From: Pseudomonadota bacterium
GTDB taxonomy: Bacteria; Bdellovibrionota_B; Oligoflexia; Oligoflexales; RGVZ01
NCBI GenBank assembly: GCA_026390495.1
Contig: JAPLFV010000308.1
Location: forward strand, 22,332 to 54,508
Length of the DNA: 32,177 nt
Reading direction: 5' to 3'
Shown here: piece after piece, positions 18,712 to 28,849 of the stretch
Numbering within the stretch: the first letter of the stretch is position 1
Layout of the letters: each line of letters starts with the position of its first letter
Notes under the pieces: model-generated
The model's database searches: none
The model's input: the letters and a program-made list of their open reading frames with translations, nothing else
What the model was told of the DNA's origin: nothing
Position numbers and translations under genes: made by a program

Positions 18712-19263
18712 ATGTTTGGTCATGATAAAACAAATTCAAATGGCAATTCTAAAAGGGGTGCACAGGCCAAGGATTTGGGAGTGACTATACTAACTTCTGG
18801 GTGTCATTTTACAGGAAAGCTTTACTGTAGAGGAGCAACGAGGATAGGTGGGACTATTGAAGGGCAGGTCATTGCAGAAGGACTTTTAGTCATTGAGGAT
18901 GAGGCAGTCATTACTGGCGAAGTCGATGCTGAAGACATTGTGATTCATGGCAAAGTTGAAGGTAAAATCAATGCCCGAAACCGAATAGAATTTTGCTCGA
19001 CTGCTGATGTGCACGCAGAAGTCTCAACACCAAGTTTGATTGTTCATGACGGCGCTCTATTCAATGGCCGAACCGTGATGACAAAGAAAGTAGCCGATCA
19101 GTCGAAGACTGACCAAAAATCAGGGCACAAGTTTCAATTGACTGGTGGAAAAAAAGCAGACCCTAAAACGCCAGATCAAAATTCAAAGAGTTTACCAGAC
19201 ATTAAGGCCGCTAGGTTGATGGATGATCACAACAATCACTATGAACCAGAGCCAGCTATTTAA
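18712..19263 (+). CDS. Bactofilin (polymer-forming cytoskeletal protein)
   Basis: TILTSGCHFTGKL...RIGGTIEGQV...LVIEDEAVITGEVDAEDIVIHGKVEGKI...LIVHDGALFNGRTVM beta-helix; GGAGG RBS before ATG 18712. Confidence 0.92.
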   Translation: MFGHDKTNSNGNSKRGAQAKDLGVTILTSGCHFTGKLYCRGATRIGGTIEGQVIAEGLLVIEDEAVITGEVDAEDIVIHGKVEGKINARNRIEFCSTADVHAEVSTPSLIVHDGALFNGRTVMTKKVADQSKTDQKSGHKFQLTGGKKADPKTPDQNSKSLPDIKAARLMDDHNNHYEPEPAI

Positions 19264-19304
19264 ATTATATCCAAGTAACTTGTGCGACCGAAATTATCGC
19301 CACT

Positions 19305-19886
19305 ATGAAGCTAAAAAGTCGATTGCCTGTCGCTAAAGGGCTCAGTCCAATCCATGTAGATTGGGAGGATGGGCCTTTTAAAGGAACACGGGCACCTAGT
19401 GCGGTTATGGTGCTTCTGGTCGAATACGATCACTTGCGAGAGGCAGAAGTCGTATTAATTCGAAGGGCGACTAATTTAAGCAGCCATCGTGGTCAGATTG
19501 GTTTTCCTGGCGGAAGACGTGAAATTCAAGACCCCTCTCCCGTTGCGACCGCTCTCCGTGAAGCCCAAGAAGAGATCGGGCTTAACCCTAGAAAAGTAGA
19601 AATATTAGGTCAAATTCAAAATGTTGCATCCATCGATGGCTCATTTGTTAAACCAATTTTAGGACGGATTAATGCCGATGATTTAGTATTGAAGGCAAAT
19701 CCGGATGAGGTTCAATCGATACACTTGATTCCCTGGACACAGTTGTCGTCTCAGAACTGTCGACAGTTTCAATTTAATATGTTTGGATGTTGGCGCAATA
19801 GCTTTCAATATGATTGTGGCTCAATCATGGTTTGGGGTTTATCTGCGCAGATGCTGCACCTTTTTGATTTTGGAGATTTGGCATGA
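19305..19886 (+). CDS. Nudix CoA pyrophosphatase (NudL/PCD1-like)
   Basis: SAVMVLL, LIRRATNLSSHRGQIGFPGG, Nudix box ATALREAQEEIGL, NPDEV, VWGLSA. Confidence 0.9.
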   Translation: MKLKSRLPVAKGLSPIHVDWEDGPFKGTRAPSAVMVLLVEYDHLREAEVVLIRRATNLSSHRGQIGFPGGRREIQDPSPVATALREAQEEIGLNPRKVEILGQIQNVASIDGSFVKPILGRINADDLVLKANPDEVQSIHLIPWTQLSSQNCRQFQFNMFGCWRNSFQYDCGSIMVWGLSAQMLHLFDFGDLA

Positions 19887-20230
19887 ATCGTCTTGTGAGG
19901 GGTGGATTGTTTATAGTTTTGGCTTTTTTATCTTCGTGTACTCAAGAGACCCAAAATAAGATTAATCGGTCTCTGCAAAATTGGACCGGAACTAATGGAG
20001 TCGTGGACGTTGTATCTGCCGAGGGAAAAGTCATCTATAGATGGATTAAAGTTGATAAACTTTCTACAGCTGAAGCAACTGGCGAGCGAGGAACTGCTAG
20101 GGCATATCGATTTGGGTATGGATATTTTGATTTGAACCAAAATTTTATTGCCGACGAAAATGAGAAAAAAGTCTATTTTGAGGTTGGTGACTACAATCAC
20201 TACGTTTTTTATGAGAGCCCTTTTCCTTAG
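19883..20230 (+). CDS. Small hypothetical lipoprotein
   Basis: Lipobox LSSC; ATGA coupling to the Nudix gene; DLNQNFIADENE Ca-loop-like segment. Confidence 0.75.
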   Translation: MNRLVRGGLFIVLAFLSSCTQETQNKINRSLQNWTGTNGVVDVVSAEGKVIYRWIKVDKLSTAEATGERGTARAYRFGYGYFDLNQNFIADENEKKVYFEVGDYNHYVFYESPFP

Positions 20231-20292
20231 TCGAGTTGATTCTTTAAAGCCTTCATTTTAGCGCACATATTTAGCTCATCATGGGCCAATCA

Positions 20293-21129
20293 TTATTGCG
20301 AAACCTGCTTGATAGCTTGATCTACAATTTTCATGTGAGCACGCCAAGGGAGGTCATGCCCCCCTGAGTTTATGTCTGTTTTAAATACTTTAAACTCCGA
20401 TGTTCTCAACTGATCGCTAAATGAGTTTGCCTGATTTACCGGCGCAAATGTGTCGTCGATGGCATGGTATAGATAGATCGATTTTGGCAGTCCATGGTTA
20501 TCCCAAGCAATAGATCTTGATTCCAAATAAGACTCGAGATCGTAGATACCACCGCCTAATATCAACCATTTGATTTTTTCAGAATTTGATTTTGCATAGA
20601 AAGACGCTGCAATTGTTCCTGTATCATAACCCCAACAACCTACAAGATTTTCAACTTTAGATTGCTTGACTGCAGCGTCGATGGCATTGAGCGAGTCGCG
20701 ACCTGAAAGGTCATCGGGTCCAATTGACCCTACATAATTTGGGCGATTGATTCCGATCACCTGAAAGCCGTTCTTTAAAAAAACTTGTCCAATCCATCCC
20801 TTGCAAAACTCAGTAGGAGAAAAGCCAGCATCAAAACGGTGGAAAGCTATAACCGTTTGTACGGGTTGAGACGTTGAATCCGATTTTTTAGCTGCGGGAC
20901 TACAAAGAATCCATTGTGCTAAAAAAGTTTTTGCAACTGGTAAAGATTTGCCACCTGGCTGGTAGTTTGCTTGACCTGTTCGACTTACAAAATCCGTAAT
21001 TGAAATCTCAGAGGAATCTTCAGATTTGATTTGTATATTGGACCGATCATCTGTTTTTGCGGGAGTAGCACAATTCGTCAGTTGAAACATAGCCGATAAA
21101 GATAGAATTAATCGTTTAAAATGAACCAT
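20293..21129 (-). CDS. Alpha/beta-hydrolase fold lipoprotein (S9-like scaffold, atypical nucleophile)
   Basis: Lipobox LTNC, VIAFH, GFQVIGINRPNYVGS.GPDD, elbow WGYDTGTIAA, GGIYDL, YLYHAIDD..AP..QA, GGHDL. Start at ATG 21129 (GGAG RBS). Confidence 0.8.
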   Translation of the reverse strand: MVHFKRLILSLSAMFQLTNCATPAKTDDRSNIQIKSEDSSEISITDFVSRTGQANYQPGGKSLPVAKTFLAQWILCSPAAKKSDSTSQPVQTVIAFHRFDAGFSPTEFCKGWIGQVFLKNGFQVIGINRPNYVGSIGPDDLSGRDSLNAIDAAVKQSKVENLVGCWGYDTGTIAASFYAKSNSEKIKWLILGGGIYDLESYLESRSIAWDNHGLPKSIYLYHAIDDTFAPVNQANSFSDQLRTSEFKVFKTDINSGGHDLPWRAHMKIVDQAIKQVSQ

Positions 21130-21238
21130 ATGTCGGTACTCCAAAAAATAGTTGACTGGCTGGCCAATCGGAGATAGCCTTCTCCTTAAGACATCTTACA
21201 CATTTTTATTCGTTGAGAGATACCAAATGGAGGGTACT

Positions 21239-22132
21239 ATGAGGGTACTTTTGGGAACAGGGGTAGTTCTAGCCTTTTTATTGAACTCAGGACTCGCTTT
21301 GGCGGAGGATCGGGTTATTTATGGGACAGATGACCGAAAGGATTTGTTTGATCCTGCAAATGACGCTGCTCTCGTGACACTGGCGAAAAGTACCGCAATT
21401 CTTGTGAAAGATAGCGAGTTGATTAGAAATCCGTCATTTCCAAATGAAATTGGACTTTCAACAAGAACCCTTAAAGACGTATTGGGAGTTTGCTCGACTG
21501 AACGTTTTGCAAACCAGCCAAGTCCTGGTTTTTGTTCTGGATTTTTAGTTGGTGCGGATACCTTTGTGACAGCGGGGCACTGCATTAAAAGTGCGTCTGA
21601 CTGTGCTGCAACCGCGATTGTGTTCGATTTTGGTTATGACGCGGAAGGCAAAAGCTTAGCGACCGTGTCTAAAAATAGTGTCTATAAATGTGCAAGTGTC
21701 GTAAGCAGAGAGCTTCAGTCGGGGCGCGGTCGTGACTATGCTGTTCTTAAGCTAGATCGTCCTGTTGAGGGGCGAGAACCTGTAGTCGTTCGTAAGAATG
21801 GGTCGGCATCCGAAAATGATTCCATTGCTGTTATCGGTCACCCTTCTGGATTACCAACTAAGATATCTGATAATGCAAAAGTCCGGTCGAATTCTGATAA
21901 ATTGCCTTATTTGGTGGCCAATTTGGACACCTACCAAGGAAATTCTGGGTCCGCGGTATTCAATTCTTTGACTGGCGAGGTTGAGGGAATTTTAGTCCGA
22001 GGAGAAACTGATTTTGATTATGACTCTGCTGGATCTTGCAGAAAATCCAAAGTTTGTTTAGAGGACGGGTGTCGAGGAGAAGATGTGACTAAATCTTCTG
22101 TTTTTGCAAGCTTCCTTCCAACAGTAGACTGA
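21239..22132 (+). CDS. Secreted trypsin-like serine protease (S1)
   Basis: Signal peptide ALA-E, VIYGTDDR, CSGFLVG, TAGHC, DYAVLKLD, IGHPSGLP, DTYQGNSGSAV; GGAGG RBS before ATG 21239. Confidence 0.93.
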   Translation: MRVLLGTGVVLAFLLNSGLALAEDRVIYGTDDRKDLFDPANDAALVTLAKSTAILVKDSELIRNPSFPNEIGLSTRTLKDVLGVCSTERFANQPSPGFCSGFLVGADTFVTAGHCIKSASDCAATAIVFDFGYDAEGKSLATVSKNSVYKCASVVSRELQSGRGRDYAVLKLDRPVEGREPVVVRKNGSASENDSIAVIGHPSGLPTKISDNAKVRSNSDKLPYLVANLDTYQGNSGSAVFNSLTGEVEGILVRGETDFDYDSAGSCRKSKVCLEDGCRGEDVTKSSVFASFLPTVD

Positions 22133-22159
22133 TACAGTTAATTCCTTCGAGTAAAAATG

Positions 22160-22191
22160 GAGCATACCGAATATAGGTGTGCTCTTTTTTT
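22160..22191 (+). terminator. Rho-independent terminator after the protease gene
   Basis: GAGCATACC-gaatata-GGTGTGCTC followed by T7. Confidence 0.85.
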
Positions 22192-22458
22192 ATGTTGATA
22201 GGCAGATATTGCTCGTTTGTTCGTCAAAAGTTTTTAACTTTATAGCTAGGTAATTTATTCCGGCCGCCGATAACGGCATCAATGGATTATGATATTAGTA
22301 AATCATTGTTCGTGATCGGCGTTGAAAACGCCATCATTTTAATAGAGTATGTGTTGGCATAAATCTTTTTGATTGAATCGCATAAAAAAATTTTGTTTTG
22401 ATAGACGTTTGTTGTGTGGGTTTGAGTGTTTATAAAAATTGGTTAAAAGGAGTACGAA

Positions 22459-23730
22459 ATGGCGGTTGAAGTAAAGATGCCTAATGTTGGTGAATCTGTT
22501 CAAGAAGGCGTGATTCATAAATGGCGCGTAAAGAGCGGAGACTTTGTCAATCGCGATGATGTATTGGTGGAATTAGAAACGGATAAAGCTACGGTCGAGG
22601 TTGTCGCCGAGAATTCAGGGGTAATTACAATCGTAAAAAAACAAGGTGAGACTGTCGCCGTCGGTGATGTCATGGCTTCATTAGATACCGATGCAAAAGG
22701 TTCGACGGCTGCGAAGGAGAGTACACCGGCTTCTTCAAAACCGAGTGAAAAAGCTGAAGTCAAGCTACCTCCGCCTCCAACATCATCATCAACGGCACCG
22801 GCTGCACAATCGGATCTGAGTCCTGCAGCTAGAAGAATTACGGAAGAGCTTGGCGTAAATCCTTCACAAATTGTAGGCACCGGGAAAGATGGTCGATTGA
22901 CTAAAGGTGATGTAATTGCGCATGTGGAAAGTGGTTCGTCAAAACCTCAATCAGGTTCAAACCAAGCTAATGCTGCATCACAACCCTCTCCTGTAAAAGC
23001 TTCATTGGGATCGTCCGCGATATTAGGTGCGCGTAGCGAACGTCGAGAACCTATGTCAATGATTCGAAAGCGAACCGCTGAGAGGCTAGTAAAAGCTCAA
23101 GAGACAGCCGCAATTTTGACGACTTTCAATGAAATCGACATGACCAACGTCATGAAGCTGCGGAACGATTACAAAGATAAATTTAAAGAGAAATATGGAG
23201 TCGGCCTTGGATTTATGAGTTTCTTTATGAAGGCTGCAATTGAAGCGTTAAAGACATTTCCAGCTGTGAATGGTTGGATTGAAGGTAACGAAATTGTCTA
23301 TCATGATTATTATGATATCGGAGTGGCGGTTTCCTCGAATCGAGGACTCGTCGTTCCAGTTGTTAGAAATGCTGAAAGACTTTCAGTAGCCGAGTTAGAA
23401 ATGGCTGTTGGTGATTACGGTAAAAGAGCAAAAGACGGAAAACTTACTATTGATGAAATGACGGGTGGCACGTTTACCGTATCAAATGGTGGAGTTTTTG
23501 GCTCGTTGATGTCGACACCGATTCTCAATCCTCCTCAAAGTGCAATTTTGGGTATGCATAAAATTCAAGAACGGCCCGTTGTTGTAGGGGGTCAAATAGT
23601 TATTAGACCCATGATGTATGTCGCTCTGTCTTATGATCACCGGATCATCGATGGCCGAGAGTCAGTAGGCTTCTTGGTAAAAATTAAAGAATGTGTCGAA
23701 GATCCTTCGCGCATTTTAGTGGGAGTTTAA
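22459..23730 (+). CDS. sucB: 2-oxoglutarate dehydrogenase E2, dihydrolipoyl succinyltransferase
   Basis: Lipoyl motif [12 protein letters not shown]3-binding [34 protein letters not shown]. Confidence 0.97.
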   Translation: MAVEVKMPNVGESVQEGVIHKWRVKSGDFVNRDDVLVELETDKATVEVVAENSGVITIVKKQGETVAVGDVMASLDTDAKGSTAAKESTPASSKPSEKAEVKLPPPPTSSSTAPAAQSDLSPAARRITEELGVNPSQIVGTGKDGRLTKGDVIAHVESGSSKPQSGSNQANAASQPSPVKASLGSSAILGARSERREPMSMIRKRTAERLVKAQETAAILTTFNEIDMTNVMKLRNDYKDKFKEKYGVGLGFMSFFMKAAIEALKTFPAVNGWIEGNEIVYHDYYDIGVAVSSNRGLVVPVVRNAERLSVAELEMAVGDYGKRAKDGKLTIDEMTGGTFTVSNGGVFGSLMSTPILNPPQSAILGMHKIQERPVVVGGQIVIRPMMYVALSYDHRIIDGRESVGFLVKIKECVEDPSRILVGV

Positions 23731-23732
23731 AT

Positions 23733-25133
23733 ATGGCAAATTTTGATGTGGTGTTTATTGGCGGAGGCCCAGCAGGCTATACAGGAGCGATTCGCGCTGG
23801 GCAACTGGGTCTAAATGTCGCTTGCATTGAATCGCGCGGCTCCCTAGGCGGAACATGCTTAAATGTGGGATGTATCCCGTCAAAGGCGCTCTTACAATCG
23901 AGCGAGAATTATCATCAGGTCAAGCATAAATTTTCTGAGCATGGAATTCAAATTGGTAAGCTTGAATTTGACGTCGCTCAAATGTTAAAGAGAAAAGATG
24001 GGATTGTGTCGGGATTAACGAAGGGAATTGAAGGTCTCCTTAAGAAAAATAAAGTGACCTACATCAAAGGTAAAGCCAGTTTCGTCAATCCAAACACTGT
24101 TAAAGTTGCATTGACTGATGGCGGGAGTGAGGAACATACAGCTAAGAACTTCGTTATCTCAACTGGCTCTTCACCGATCGAGTTAAGATCAATTGCTCCC
24201 TTTGATGGGAAGGACATTGTTAGTTCTACTGAAGCGCTGACGTTTGACAAAGTTCCTGAACATTTGGTTGTTGTTGGCGCAGGTGTCATTGGTCTTGAGA
24301 TGGGTAGTGTTTGGATGCGCTTAGGAGCGAAAGTCACTGTCATCGAAGCACTTGATCGTGTTTTACCTCCCATGGATGGCGCAGTATCTGTCGAAATGAA
24401 AAAAATTCTTGAGAAGCAAGGAATGAATTTTCTGTTGGGTTGTAAATTACTAAAGGCTGAAAAATCTGGAAAGTCTTTAAAAGTAACATATGAACAGGAA
24501 GGAAAATCCAAAGATTTAAGTTGCGATAAAGTATTGGTTGCGGTTGGGCGTCGGGCCTATACAGATGGATTGGGTTTAGAAAATGTTGGAATCGCTACGC
24601 GCAAAGATGGAAAAATTGATGTTAATCACCACTATCAAACATCCGTTGCTCATATCCGTGCGGTAGGGGACGTTATAGATGGTCCAATGCTTGCTCATAA
24701 AGCTGATGAAGAAGGCGTGGCTGTTGCGGAATTGATTGCTGGAAAGCCTGGGCACGTGAATTATCAGGCGATTCCCAATGTTGTATATACATGGCCGGAG
24801 GTGGCGTCTGTCGGCTCTACAGAAGAAGAGCTAAAGGCCAAAGGAGTGGACTATAAAGTGGGCAAAATCCCATTTATGGCAAATGGACGTGCTCGATGTT
24901 TTGGCGAAACCGATGGATTCGTAAAGATTATAGCGGACGCAAAATCCGACAAAATTATCGGTGCGCATATTATTGGTCCAAATGCTTCTGAGCTGATTGC
25001 AGAACTTGTGATTGGAGTCGAATTTTCAGCATCTGCAGAAGATATTGGTCGCAGCAGCCATGCCCATCCGACACTTGCGGAAGTTATGAAAGAGGCGGCA
25101 TTGGCAGTAGACAAACGAGCTCTTAATTTTTGA
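23733..25133 (+). CDS. lpdA: Dihydrolipoyl dehydrogenase E3
   Basis: IGGGPAGY, GGTCLNVGCIPSK, GAGVIGLE, MLAHKA, HAHPTLAE; true start is ATG 23733, two bases after the sucB stop. Confidence 0.97.
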   Translation: MANFDVVFIGGGPAGYTGAIRAGQLGLNVACIESRGSLGGTCLNVGCIPSKALLQSSENYHQVKHKFSEHGIQIGKLEFDVAQMLKRKDGIVSGLTKGIEGLLKKNKVTYIKGKASFVNPNTVKVALTDGGSEEHTAKNFVISTGSSPIELRSIAPFDGKDIVSSTEALTFDKVPEHLVVVGAGVIGLEMGSVWMRLGAKVTVIEALDRVLPPMDGAVSVEMKKILEKQGMNFLLGCKLLKAEKSGKSLKVTYEQEGKSKDLSCDKVLVAVGRRAYTDGLGLENVGIATRKDGKIDVNHHYQTSVAHIRAVGDVIDGPMLAHKADEEGVAVAELIAGKPGHVNYQAIPNVVYTWPEVASVGSTEEELKAKGVDYKVGKIPFMANGRARCFGETDGFVKIIADAKSDKIIGAHIIGPNASELIAELVIGVEFSASAEDIGRSSHAHPTLAEVMKEAALAVDKRALNF

Positions 25134-25154
25134 GTTTGAAAGGAAGATTTACTC

Positions 25155-27859
25155 ATGGCATCTACGTCAACTCGTTTCTCGTTCGCAACGGCAACTAATG
25201 TTTCCTACTTAGAGGAAATGTACGAGAAATTTAAGCGAGACCCAAATTCTGTCGATGAATCTTGGCAAAAGTTTTTTGATGGCTATGAATTTGCAATTAC
25301 TAATGGAGCTGGAAGCGACGTTGCTTCAACCGGTGATCAAGAAGCTGCGATGGTGGAAGCCTATATAAATGCTTACCGAGTTTTGGGGCATCTAAGCGCA
25401 CATTTAAATCCTCTAGCGCCTAAGCCCGAAATTAAAAGTGAGATGCGCCCTGAAAACCATGGTTTAAAGAACGTGAATCAAACGAGAAAGTTTTTGGCGG
25501 CAAATTTGCCTGGAAACACTCAACGCACTTTTTCTGAGATCAATACTCTTCTGCAAGAGACATACTGCGGCAGTATTGGGGCCGAGTTTCGCGATAACGA
25601 TGATATCGATTTTGTGAAATGGATTCAGGAGAAAATGGAGTCATGTAGAAACAAACCAGCATTTCCTAAAGAAAAGAAAATTCAAATATTAGATGCTTTG
25701 GTAAAAGCGGAAGGTTTTGAATCTTTTCTACAAGCGCGCTATTTGGGGCAAAAGAGATTCTCACTCGAAGGAGCAGAGTCTTTTATGGCTGTTCTTGAAG
25801 CCGTGGCAGAGGCTTCCGCTGCGACAGGTGTCGAAGAAATTGCTATCGGCATGGCTCACCGTGGTCGACTTGGGACCCTTTGCAATTTTATGGGTAAAAG
25901 TTACGAGCAAATGTTCAAGAAATTTGATGGATCAGAATATAATCCATTTCAAATTGATGGTGATGTAAAATATCATTTGGGTTTTGCAAGTGAGAAGAAA
26001 TTTGGATCGAAAAATCTTAGATTGTATCTTTCTCCAAATCCTAGTCACTTAGAGATTGTGAATCCGGTTGTTGAAGGTTTGGTTCGAGCAAGGCAGCGAG
26101 TTCTAAATGACATAGAACGTAAAAAAGTCTTGCCCCTATTGGTTCACGGTGACGCAGCTTTTATTGGGATCCTATCGACAGCCGCAGCTGTACTTACGCT
26201 TCGGGAATTGCCAAGTTGTTGAAAGCACCTGTGCTGCACGTCAATGCCGATGACCCTGAAGCGGTTGTTTGGTGTGCGATGCTTGCCGCTGAATATCGTC
26301 AAAGATGGGGAAAAGATTTTGTTATCGATTTGATTGGCTATCGCAGATACGGGCACAATGAGACGGATGAACCAAGTTTCACTCAACCTCAAATGTATAA
26401 GATTATAGGAAGCCATCAAACCGTGCTTACAAAGTATGGTGATCGAATGGTCAAGGAAGGGGTTTTGTCGGTTGAAGATTTGAAGAAGAGGCAGGCGGAT
26501 TTTAGGTCTGAGCTGCAAGCATCATATGATTTAGTGAAATCTGGGGTTAAATCTAGCCCTAAATTTGAATCGATTTATCCGAAGCCTTTTGATCAAATCT
26601 TTCATCCAAAAAATGGCACAGAGGCAGATATGTTGACACCTGTGAAAACGGGAGTGTCTCTGAAAACGTTGACTGAAGTTGGTAGAAAGTTTCTATCGGT
26701 TCCAGCAGGTTTTCAGCCGCATCAAAAAGTGCAAAGGCTTATTGAGCAGAGACTAAAGATGCTAGAAAATTCAGGCGGCGGAGTTGATTGGCCGATGGCA
26801 GAACTTTTGGCATTTGGAACTCTAGGAAACGAAGGTAAGCACGTAAGGCTTTCTGGGCAGGATTGCCAAAGAGGAACATTTTCTAGTCGCCATGCTGTGA
26901 TTCGTGACTTTGAAACAGGGAAACCTCTGGAGCTGTTAAATCAAATTTCAAAAACCCAAGCGCCAGTCGAGATATTAAATAGTCCGTTGTCGGAGTTAGG
27001 GGTGATGGGTTTTGAGTACGGCTACACTATTGCTGATTCAGAGAGTTTAGTTTTATGGGAAGGGCAGTTTGGAGATTTTGTGAATGGAGCCCAAATAGTC
27101 ATCGATCAATTTATCGTAGCGAGTGAAGCAAAATGGAATCAAACAAGTGGTCTTGTTCTGCTATTGCCTCACGGTTATGAAGGAATGGGTCCAGAACATT
27201 CATCTGCAAGACCAGAGAGATTTCTACAGTTGTGTGGAAATGACAATATTCAAGTGGCATATCCGTCAACAGCGGCGCAATATTTTCATATTTTGCGAAG
27301 GCAGTTGCATCGTGATTTTAGGAAGCCTTTGGTTATTATGTCGCCAAAATCATTGCTACGTCATCCGAAAGTTGTCAGCCAATTGGAGGAATTCGAAACC
27401 GGAAAATTTGTCGAGGTCTTAGACGACAGTCGTTTATCAGATCCGAAATCAGTTAAGAGAATTGTGTTCTGCACTGGAAAAATATTTTATGAATTGACTG
27501 AGACCGCGAAGGATTCTGCTGATGTTGCGTTCGTGCGGATTGAGCAACTTTATCCTTTCCCTAAAAAGGCAATTACAGATATTTTGTCTCGCTATAAAAA
27601 TGCAAAAGATTTGGTTTGGTGTCAGGAAGAACCACAAAATATGGGTGCTTGGACTTTTGTTCGCCCTCGTTTAGAGGATATTTTAGGTGACAAAAATCAT
27701 GTAAAATATGTGGGAAGGCGTGACAGCGGCACCACGGCTGAAGGTGTAACCAAGGCACACGTTGCAGAACAGCAGCGCATTGTGAATGAGTCAATTGGTA
27801 TCTCATCCGGCAGCGCTGGCGAAAAAGAAAAATCATCAAAGGGAACAGCGAAGAAATAA
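25155..27859 (+). pseudogene. sucA: 2-oxoglutarate dehydrogenase E1, split by a frameshifting internal deletion at ~26167/26168 (pseudogene or assembly error)
   Basis: ORF 25155-26222 carries N-terminal SucA motifs (KRFSLEG, GMAHRGRL, GDVKYHLG, NPSHLE, HGDAAF). ORF 26216-27859 carries the rest (YRRYGHNETD, RLSGQD, NSPLSE, WEGQFGDF, LLLPHGYEG.GPEHSS). The second frame is SucA-like from 26168 (DPIDSRSCTYASGIAK). Confidence 0.93.
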
Positions 27860-27863
27860 GATT

Positions 27864-28667
27864 ATGCTAAAGTCATTTGGTTTTGTTTGGTTATTGGTCA
27901 TTGGTCTTCTATTTGGTGAAAGCTGTGTCACGAATAGTGAAGGGCGACGCTCATACAACGTTGTCCCCGATGCGCAAATGAATACTATGGGCGACGAAGC
28001 TTATGCCGAAATTCTCAAAACATCGAAAGATCAAGGCAAACTTTTGCCTCGAACCTCGGTGAAACATGAAGTAGTTGAGCGTTTAGGTCGTCGCATTGCC
28101 GCAGCGAGTGGAGTTGATTTTAAATGGGAATTCGCTGTCATAGAAGAGCCTAAAACGGTCAATGCCTTTTGCCTTCCCGGAGGAAAAATTGCAGTTTATA
28201 CCGGGATTTTTCCGGTAGCTGAAGATGAAGCCTCATTGGCGGCTGTTATGGGTCATGAAGTGGCCCATGCAACTCTGAAACATGGAGCTGAACGTATGTC
28301 GCAGCAATTAGCTATTGCTGGATTGGCTGCGTTGGCAGATATGTCTATGAAGGACTCTCAGTATCGAAATATTGCTATGAGTGTCTTTGGTGTTGGAGCT
28401 CAGTTTGGGGTCGTTCTTCCTTTTGGTCGAAGTCATGAAACTGAAGCCGATCGGTTGGGGTTAAGGTATGCGGCGAAGGCTGGATATGACCCATCAGCGG
28501 CCATTGGCCTTTGGGGACGAATGGGTGGCAGTGGCAAAAATCCTCCAGAGTTTATGTCGACACATCCCGATCCACTTAATCGCCAAAAGAGACTGGCTGA
28601 GTTGCAGTCAGAGGTGTTGCCTCTTTACTCTTCAAGTGAGAAGCAGGCTTCTCGCAAACTACCTTAG
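27864..28667 (+). CDS. M48 family Zn metallopeptidase lipoprotein (Oma1/LoiP-like)
   Basis: N-terminal hydrophobic helix plus Cys (GESC), KWEFAVIE, VNAFCLPGGKIAVYTG, GHEVAHA, FGRSHETEAD, AGYDP, FMSTHP. Start at ATG 27864. Confidence 0.93.
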   Translation: MLKSFGFVWLLVIGLLFGESCVTNSEGRRSYNVVPDAQMNTMGDEAYAEILKTSKDQGKLLPRTSVKHEVVERLGRRIAAASGVDFKWEFAVIEEPKTVNAFCLPGGKIAVYTGIFPVAEDEASLAAVMGHEVAHATLKHGAERMSQQLAIAGLAALADMSMKDSQYRNIAMSVFGVGAQFGVVLPFGRSHETEADRLGLRYAAKAGYDPSAAIGLWGRMGGSGKNPPEFMSTHPDPLNRQKRLAELQSEVLPLYSSSEKQASRKLP

Positions 28668-28849
28668 ATTTTGACGTAACGCCAAAATCAAGCGCCTAGG
28701 TCTTTTGTGCACCACTGCTCCGACTCAGATTGTCTATCGAATAGCAGCAAATCTCCTTTCTAGGCAAAAATTGTACATTTTCAGTCGGAACGTTATCCAA
28801 TATAATTTTAGTAGTGAGTAACGACTCAAATCATTTGGGAGGTTCAATC

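Noticed and set aside
21092-21099. Second GCCGATAA sigma28-like box upstream of the protease
   Set aside because: It lies within the hydrolase coding region and has no matching -35.
26160-26222. Programmed ribosomal frameshift or natural alpha/beta split of E1
   Set aside because: Essential residues are absent in all frames at the junction, there is no slippery heptamer, and the break is inside the ThDP motif rather than at a domain boundary.
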